This document shows positions 57,643 through 64,000 of a DNA stretch of 64,000 nucleotides, piece after piece. The first letter of the stretch is position 1, and every line of letters starts with the position of its first letter. The stretch is from Spirochaetia bacterium (GTDB taxonomy: Bacteria; Spirochaetota; Spirochaetia; SP-2023), in assembly GCA_965263295.1 (NCBI GenBank), contig OZ253665.1:608001-672000 (forward strand). Reading direction: 5' to 3'. The notes beneath the pieces were generated by a model. That model did no database searches and was not told the DNA's origin. It worked only from the letters and a program-made list of their open reading frames with translations. The position numbers and the translations under genes are program-made.

Positions 57643-59643
57643 TTACTGGCTGCGACGTGAGCGCGATGCCGCTACCTTGGATACTTGTCCCAAGAGACTT
57701 TGGCGTTCCTGTTCTAACTGGTCCAGTATTAGTAAGCAAGATTCGGAAATATATTGTTTCCATAGCTCCAAAATTCCTGAGGGCGTGAGTGGGGCATATT
57801 TGGGATTGTTATAATCCTGCATATATTGAAACTGAGGAATGAAAGAATTAAATTTCTGGTAGTATACTTCGTCGAGAATAGAATTGGCAATGGCCGTAAT
57901 ACCATGCATCGAAAACTTCTGTAACTCTTTGATAACTTGTTCAATCTGATAGCGAACCTGACGATCTATATTCATAAGAATTGTGGTATACTCTTCCTTA
58001 GCTTCTTCAGAGCGTTGTTCCATACGAAGTAGTATCTCCTTGATCTCTAAGTCCACACGATGTTCCGGCTGTAAGCCCTGTTCAATTATATCCAGCTTGA
58101 CTTTGTGATTTTCGAGTTCCCCTAGGAAGTCGACAATTTTATTGTAAATATAATTGTCAGACTTAAAAACACTTTTGCTTAAAACATGTAGTGGTTTGAT
58201 CATGTTATCTGCACAGAAGCAATGCAGAAAATGCTGTGTATATGCAAACGATTCGCAGTGTGCAAAAGGACCTTCGGACTGTTCATTGTCTATCGGCATC
58301 AGGTCTTTGCGTCTGTTACTGTAGTGTGCCGAGCGAGTGAATGGAGTCTGGGAAAGATATTTGCTAAAAAAATATTTGGTTCGTTTTTCTCGCAGGCTTT
58401 GGGCCATCTTCTCAATGTTTTTTAAAACAGATTGCTGATAAGCTCTTTCTATTTGCATAGGTAAGTTTTCTAGAATTTCATTATCGATATCTGGTTTGGG
58501 AGGTAATTCAAAATAAGGGTTTTCAGTTACAAACAAGAGTAGCGACTTTATAGGGATTTTCTGGACAAAGGTGTTCCACATAGTTTGCAGGCGAGAAAAA
58601 GACTCCAGAAAATGAATAGCGGTCTTGTTTGAATTTACTCCGTTGTGGCTTTTACGCTGCTTAACCATATTGAAATAGCTGCTGATTATTTCGCGAAAAC
58701 AATTTTTGTCAAAATTAATGAACCCTACTTCCTGAATTAGAAGATATAAGATGCTGATAGAATCGTAGGCTTCCTGAGATAATACATTAGTATATATATT
58801 ATTATCATTTGATTTATCAGTACGGAAAGTCTGGAAAAAGTTAGAATAAGGAAAGTAACAGATCTTTTGGAACTGGTATAAGGCTTTCAGAATGTTCGCT
58901 GAATATTTATATAAAGATAAAGGTAGAATTTTACTTTCCTTTGTAACTTCCTGCATCAGGTTGTCGATCTTACTTTTGGTTACGACATCGCCCATGAAAA
59001 CAAAATCCCGAAATTCTTCTTCGGTGATAAAATTCTCGGCGTCAATGCGGATTTGCTTGCCAGAATTGTTGCGGTAAGTATTAAAAAGCAACTTGGTAAT
59101 AATATCCTGCATAAACTTTAGATTTTGGTCTACCTCATTAATAATCGGAAGTACTTCCAAGCTCAACTTGAAGATCGTATTGAAGCGCTCTGGCAGGTAG
59201 GCGCTAACTAGATATAGTTTGCTACCGCGGTCAAAATAAATTAACTCATTGTTTTGTTGGTTTATATCGTAGCGTACTTCGTCCAGCTGACTTTTACGGA
59301 ATAATGTCTCAGCCGGTTTACGAGTAAATAAACTTAAAACATGATACCATAGACGTTGGAATAGGCTAAGTTGCTGGAAGTCAGTCAGCAGATTTGTAGG
59401 CCGATTTCGCTGCTCTTCTTCATGATGTTTCTCAAGATAGTTTTCTTTGCGGTAACCATCAATGGAAAGATCTTCGGCCCCAGTAGCCTCGTTGATTTTG
59501 TCATCATCAATAGAGGATTGTTCAACCGAGCTGTGGGAATCCTTATCCTCCGTGGATTTAAGAGTTTTGCTGGCCTCACTTAACTGTGAATATAATTTTT
59601 CTCTTTCTCTTAATTCCAAGTCTTGAACTATCGTATCTGTCAT
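57643..59643 (-). CDS. Conserved spirochete hypothetical protein (DUF5312-like)
   Basis: Long helical ORF with ER.KLY..L and LSLFQRLW...LSLFT motifs. GAGG SD. The family call is from memory. Confidence 0.65.
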   Translation of the reverse strand: MTDTIVQDLELREREKLYSQLSEASKTLKSTEDKDSHSSVEQSSIDDDKINEATGAEDLSIDGYRKENYLEKHHEEEQRNRPTNLLTDFQQLSLFQRLWYHVLSLFTRKPAETLFRKSQLDEVRYDINQQNNELIYFDRGSKLYLVSAYLPERFNTIFKLSLEVLPIINEVDQNLKFMQDIITKLLFNTYRNNSGKQIRIDAENFITEEEFRDFVFMGDVVTKSKIDNLMQEVTKESKILPLSLYKYSANILKALYQFQKICYFPYSNFFQTFRTDKSNDNNIYTNVLSQEAYDSISILYLLIQEVGFINFDKNCFREIISSYFNMVKQRKSHNGVNSNKTAIHFLESFSRLQTMWNTFVQKIPIKSLLLFVTENPYFELPPKPDIDNEILENLPMQIERAYQQSVLKNIEKMAQSLREKRTKYFFSKYLSQTPFTRSAHYSNRRKDLMPIDNEQSEGPFAHCESFAYTQHFLHCFCADNMIKPLHVLSKSVFKSDNYIYNKIVDFLGELENHKVKLDIIEQGLQPEHRVDLEIKEILLRMEQRSEEAKEEYTTILMNIDRQVRYQIEQVIKELQKFSMHGITAIANSILDEVYYQKFNSFIPQFQYMQDYNNPKYAPLTPSGILELWKQYISESCLLILDQLEQERQSLLGQVSKVAASRSRRSQ

Positions 59644-59935
59644 TTTAAAGCCTCGCTAGTTGGGGCATTGGATAGATTAAAAGTAGGATACAATCCTCTA
59701 TTATATCGACAATTTTTGCGCCGACCATGAATAGTCACAAAGAAAAAACAGTTGAAAAACATTATCTCATTCTGCGATTAAAACTCATATTTCTGTTTTT
59801 AGAAAAATTATTCAAAAGCAAGAGAAAAAGCTGGACGAACAGTATTATCTTCAGAAAAATATCGAATTTGAAAATACAACATAATCATATTTGAGTCTAG
59901 TGCTTTTATCCTTGCACTGAAAGAGGTGAAAGATC

Positions 59936-61102
59936 ATGAATAATCACAAGCAAACATCGGCATTTTCTGTAAGGATTTTAGTGGCTGCCCAGTTGCTTTA
60001 CTGTCTTTGGCTGAGCTTATCTGCAGCGCTACTGGCACAAGAAAATTCTGTGAATAGTGCCGCTCAGCTTGGCGATGAAACACCTGTAGCGCGAAATGCG
60101 TGGGAAGAAACTTACTTGCGGATTTCTGTTTCGTTTTCTGCACCTAGTTTATTTGAGCTTCTCAAAAGCATGGATTTAGAGTCGGATCAGGCGGGCCTGG
60201 CCTCCAGTTATGCCGTAATTCTTAAAGATCAAATTTACAGTTATAAGACTCGCTACAGGGAGGACCCCATCTATACCGAGCGGATTTTAGGTCTGCTACT
60301 TGATAAAGTTGTCCAACAAGCTGAAGCCTTCAATAAGGAAAAATCCGAAATTGCGAATATTATTGGTTTTTCACTGATCCCAAGCTTGCCTTACAATTCA
60401 GTTATGGGTAAAGCCAATCATGCTTTGGGGCGTCTGGAGGCCGATAGTTTCAGCGAGAGTATTGTCAATCGCTTGGAAGATGTCAATAACATAATGGCCA
60501 TCAATGACAATAGTGACCACACGGGACTCTATTATTCTGCGCTGGGTTGCCTAGACGCTTTGACGGAATTGCAGACGCCTTCTGCGTATCCGGTTGTATT
60601 TCAGGTGGCACATGGTCCGTTCTATGGAATTGTGCGCAATCGGGCCATGTCTTTACTGAGGATTCTGGAAAAGCAGTTCCCCGAAGAAGTTCAGGAGGGC
60701 TTTGCTGCTCTTGTAAAGATGTCGCTCGGTTTGGATGAGCTGCTGCTATTTGCCAGTAGACTCAATAATGATGGGCTAGAATTTAAAGGTCCTGAAGCGG
60801 CTAAAATTAATCTACTGCTCTTGACTCATGTAAACGGATCGACTTGGACTGCGGCACTGGCTGACAGTTCAAGTATCAAGACCGAAATCCTGCGTAGAGT
60901 GATTGAAAATGTTTTAAAGAATGGAGCTGAAGGTTTGGAAGCCGAGACTTCAGAACAATTAAAGCAAAGTTATCTAAACTCTGATAATATGAATGTTAAG
61001 TTTTCGACTTTGAAGGCTATAAATAAATTGAATTCTGAAAAATATATTGATTTCCTGCGTGATGAGATTGAACATTTGAATCTCGCCGAGCGATCAAACT
61101 AA
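59936..61102 (+). CDS. Exported alpha-helical (HEAT-like) hypothetical protein
   Basis: GAGGTG SD, signal peptide, HEAT-like segments (ANHALGRL, CLDALTEL). Confidence 0.65.
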   Translation: MNNHKQTSAFSVRILVAAQLLYCLWLSLSAALLAQENSVNSAAQLGDETPVARNAWEETYLRISVSFSAPSLFELLKSMDLESDQAGLASSYAVILKDQIYSYKTRYREDPIYTERILGLLLDKVVQQAEAFNKEKSEIANIIGFSLIPSLPYNSVMGKANHALGRLEADSFSESIVNRLEDVNNIMAINDNSDHTGLYYSALGCLDALTELQTPSAYPVVFQVAHGPFYGIVRNRAMSLLRILEKQFPEEVQEGFAALVKMSLGLDELLLFASRLNNDGLEFKGPEAAKINLLLLTHVNGSTWTAALADSSSIKTEILRRVIENVLKNGAEGLEAETSEQLKQSYLNSDNMNVKFSTLKAINKLNSEKYIDFLRDEIEHLNLAERSN

Positions 61103-61126
61103 ATTAACCTTTCAAGCATTTCTAAT

Positions 61127-61606
61127 TTGAAAACAATGATGCGAGATATCTTTTTAAAATGTCGTTTACTGGAACATGGTTCCGGCCTTTGCCTGCCCAA
61201 TTACGAAAGTGTTTGCGCCGCTGGCGCAGACCTGAGAGCCGCGCTGCACTGTGAGCCTTTTAATGGTCAGCTGCTTCTGTCCGCGGGCTCTTTCGGCAAG
61301 GTTCCAACAGCTTTACAGATTGCTCTGCCTCAGGGATATGAGGCTCAGGTCCGGGCCCGTTCAGGTCTGGCCGCCAAATACGGGATTACGGTTCTCAATG
61401 CCCCCGGTACGATTGATGCTGATTACCGTGGAGAAATCCAGGTTCTATTAGTGAATCATGGCCGGCAGGACTTCGTAATCCGGCATGGCGACCGGATTGC
61501 GCAGTTAGTCGTCTCTCCTGTTGTACAGGTAGGTTTTGAAATTGCCACTGCACTTCAGGCAACGGATAGAGGAGCGGAGGGCTTCGGTTCTTCGGGGTTA
61601 CAATAG
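61127..61606 (+). CDS. dut: dUTP diphosphatase
   Basis: AGADL, RSGLA, GTIDADYRGE, GDRIAQ, RGAEGFGSSG. Confidence 0.97.
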   Translation: MKTMMRDIFLKCRLLEHGSGLCLPNYESVCAAGADLRAALHCEPFNGQLLLSAGSFGKVPTALQIALPQGYEAQVRARSGLAAKYGITVLNAPGTIDADYRGEIQVLLVNHGRQDFVIRHGDRIAQLVVSPVVQVGFEIATALQATDRGAEGFGSSGLQ

Positions 61607-61615
61607 GCTCCGGGT

Positions 61616-62818
61616 ATGGCAAGTCTGCCGGCGAAATTTCCGGGAAATTACAGCCTTTTTATTTTTGTGTTATTTTTTTCTCTCCCGCAGTGTAAAAGTG
61701 TTTCTGAATCCACGATCTTGCAGGAGATCGACCGTTTGCGTCCAGATGAGCGCATCGTGCAGGCCCAGCAATTCTATCGACAGAATGAAAAGAAATGGGC
61801 CCTCTACGCCTGGAACAATACGCGCCTGGAAGATTTAACCAGTGATGAAGGGCGGGAGTCCTACCGTTTGTTAAAGACCTGGATGTTCAGTCAGTCCGTG
61901 ACTTCAAGCAATGTAAGGATTAAAGACTTTCAGGTTTCGGCCATGTGTCTGGATTTTGACGACTTATGGTTTGGCACTTGGAACGGCGGCATTTATCGCT
62001 TGAGTGTAAGTAGTGGTGAGACTTTTGTCTTGGGAAAAGATACTCAATCTCTGATTCCCAAGGTTGTCTATCGTATCCGCAAGAGTGTCAATGCTTTTTG
62101 GTTTGCGATGCACCAAGGCTTGAGATTCTACAACTATCAGACCGGGCTTGATGGCTGGTTGCAAATGCCCGAAATAAGCACTGCGGTCAGCGACTTCTTG
62201 GAGAATTCGGATGGTTTATTTGTGGCGTCCTTGACGCAAGGGGCTTGGCTTCGTAGGGCTTCTGGGAGCATAATTCCTTTGGGCGACCGAGTGCTCGAAC
62301 CTTCGGTTGTGGCCCTGGAATATCAAGATGATATCGGTTTGATATTGGGCACTGCCCGCGCGGGGGCTTTCCGCTGGAAAAACGGCGTGCTTGAGCCGCT
62401 GGGGAACTTGCAGCCTATTTTGGGTCGCTTGAAGCATGTCAACCATATTGTCCACGATGGCACTTCACTCTGGTTCGCTTCAGCGGGCGAGGGTCTTTTT
62501 CGTTGGAATTTGGCCAGCAATGAAGCCTATCAGATTCTTTCGGAAACTTTTCTGCTCCGCAGTGATCGCATTAGCGCTCTTGAATACAGTGGAGACTGGG
62601 TATTTATAGGGGATGACCGCGGTGGCATTGCGGGTTATCACCTGCGGGACCAGAAGTGGTACCTGTGGGATAGTGGGCGCAATCTAGAATTCGCGAGCAT
62701 TAATTCTTTGAGCTATGGCAGTGGGGAACTATTTTACAGCACGCTGGCGGGCGGAATCCGTCAGATCCATTGGCTCAAGTACTTGTTTGCCCTAAAAGAA
62801 AAAGAACAGAATTCTTAG
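61616..62818 (+). CDS. Putative lipoprotein with beta-propeller repeats
   Basis: Hydrophobic segment ending in Cys. Repeated LW(F).T..G.(L/I) blades: LWFGTWNGGI, LFVASLTQGA, LWFASAGEGL. Confidence 0.75.
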   Translation: MASLPAKFPGNYSLFIFVLFFSLPQCKSVSESTILQEIDRLRPDERIVQAQQFYRQNEKKWALYAWNNTRLEDLTSDEGRESYRLLKTWMFSQSVTSSNVRIKDFQVSAMCLDFDDLWFGTWNGGIYRLSVSSGETFVLGKDTQSLIPKVVYRIRKSVNAFWFAMHQGLRFYNYQTGLDGWLQMPEISTAVSDFLENSDGLFVASLTQGAWLRRASGSIIPLGDRVLEPSVVALEYQDDIGLILGTARAGAFRWKNGVLEPLGNLQPILGRLKHVNHIVHDGTSLWFASAGEGLFRWNLASNEAYQILSETFLLRSDRISALEYSGDWVFIGDDRGGIAGYHLRDQKWYLWDSGRNLEFASINSLSYGSGELFYSTLAGGIRQIHWLKYLFALKEKEQNS

Positions 62819-63417
62819 CGGGGCTTAGAGGGTAATGGGCCTTTCAGGGCCTGGGCCCAGATTTGGCGTTTTGCCTCTAGCGAAAGACGGGCGTGGGCCG
62901 GGCTGGTCGAAGGCAAACTTTCAATGTAATATCGGGAAGGCAACTGTTTCTGGATGTGGCGCTGAAACAATTGGGCGCTTTTTTGACCATTGAGAAAAAT
63001 TCGCCAGATTCTCGGTTGCTCTGCAAGCAATGATGCGACAGGGTTACAGACGACTTTGCAAATGCTGGAGTCGGCACTGTTCTGCCGCTGACAGCTGGCC
63101 AGTACGTCCCAGAGGCTGATACCAGCTCGGCGCAGTAATTCCTGTTTGCGCGCAAATGGCAGCTGGCTATGTTGCCCCAGTTGCCAGAGCTCCATTTCTG
63201 TTTGCCGGACGAATTCGGCATAAACAGAGGCCAGGATCGGCCAGAAGGAATTTTGAGGGTGAGCATAGTACTGGGCCTGTTCTACAGAGCGCACACTAGG
63301 CATGGAGCCCAGTATCAAGGTGTGGGCCCCATCGAATTGAATAGCGGCAAAGGATTGAAATTCCGCGACCAAATTGCCAGCAGAAGAAATTACAAGAAGC
63401 CAATTGCAAGAAGCCAA
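62815..63417 (-). CDS. DNA-deoxyinosine (hypoxanthine) glycosylase, UDG superfamily family 6
   Basis: ILGSMPS..S...QYYAHPQNSFW, LWDVL..C.R..S.DSSI, NG..A, LPSTSPA. The start may be downstream (~63372). Confidence 0.9.
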   Translation of the reverse strand: MASCNWLLVISSAGNLVAEFQSFAAIQFDGAHTLILGSMPSVRSVEQAQYYAHPQNSFWPILASVYAEFVRQTEMELWQLGQHSQLPFARKQELLRRAGISLWDVLASCQRQNSADSSICKVVCNPVASLLAEQPRIWRIFLNGQKSAQLFQRHIQKQLPSRYYIESLPSTSPAHARLSLEAKRQIWAQALKGPLPSKPR

Positions 63418-63427
63418 TTACAAGAAG
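63388..63427. repeat. 14-bp tandem repeat AATT(A/G)CAAGAAGCC x~3
   Basis: aattacaagaagcc-aattgcaagaagcc-aattacaagaag, spanning the stop of the last gene and the apparent start of the glycosylase. Confidence 0.8.
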
Positions 63428-64000
63428 AATAGGGGCATCACCCAAAACGGCGAGACGTAGAAGGGATCGCGGTAGGGGTAGAATTCTTCAATTTCAAGTA
63501 TTTCATCGCCGTCATCTCCCTCATCATTATCTGGGTTCGTGTTTTCTTGCTGGCGTTCCCACTCTTGCTGTTTCTTTTCATGTTCCAGCAATTCAATCAT
63601 TAGTTCAGAGCCCTGGCGGGTGAGTTCTATCAGGCGTTCCCTCCCGCCGATTTCTTCGCAGGTCAGGGCGCTGCGGCAGATATCGCGGATCTCGTCCCAA
63701 ACCGAACCGAGTATCAGGTCAAACTGCCAGCCGCTACTGTCGGAGCCAAAACGACCTTCATTGAGAAAACTCATAAAGACAATTTCGTGGACATCCAGTT
63801 TTTTGAGTCGGGCTACGGCAATGCGCAAGTCTGCCCAGCGCTCATTTCCAAGATAGTCGAACCATGCTTCGTCGCTCTCAAAGTCAAAATACTTGGCAAA
63901 GGCAAACTCGCCGGTATTTACATCTACAGCACTGAAAATGTCATAGATGCGCAAGTACTCTTGGTAGCGGCTGTAAAAACGTTCGAGGACTTCTTCTCCG
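63418..64000 (-). CDS. Acidic hypothetical protein (5' partial, runs off window)
   Basis: The frame stays open from TTG 63954 to the window end (GEEVLERFYSRYQEYLRIYD...). Confidence 0.7.
   Translation of the reverse strand, partial: GEEVLERFYSRYQEYLRIYDIFSAVDVNTGEFAFAKYFDFESDEAWFDYLGNERWADLRIAVARLKKLDVHEIVFMSFLNEGRFGSDSSGWQFDLILGSVWDEIRDICRSALTCEEIGGRERLIELTRQGSELMIELLEHEKKQQEWERQQENTNPDNDEGDDGDEILEIEEFYPYRDPFYVSPFWVMPLFFL

Overview
This 64-kb window is bacterial chromosome and reads as a spirochete (Spirochaetales). That call rests on a type-2 IleRS, a spirochete-type ParE, a SpiroCoCo-like coiled-coil C-terminus and several hypothetical proteins I recognise from spirochetes; the genus cannot be fixed from sequence alone. 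Most of it is housekeeping: thyA, pyk, htrA-like, ilvBN, a DEAD-box helicase, parE, ctpA-like, gnd, lptFG, aroC, ileS, rnz, coaD, ruvB, dut, and three tRNAs (Arg-CCT, Phe-GAA, Cys-GCA), each with a clear sigma70 promoter. Decay features are two IS5-family remnants, an amber-interrupted TPR gene, an internally deleted GTPase/DUF697 gene, an orphan 3' gene fragment and many short tandem duplications. The best candidates for new biology are: (1) a ~1625-aa protein fusing a ParE-derived GHKL ATPase plus transducer module (no TOPRIM) to a ~1100-aa coiled coil and a C-terminal HTH-like tip, while an intact parE lies ~13 kb away; (2) a sigma54-type -24/-12 promoter in front of an RpoS-like sigma factor, suggesting a Borrelia-like RpoN->RpoS cascade; (3) an adenylate cyclase / FecR-Fn3 / putative beta-barrel trans-envelope module; (4) an unannotated 47-aa acidic sORF followed by a structured 3' region. 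I saw no CRISPR array, rRNA or prophage. All family assignments come from motif recognition, not database searches.
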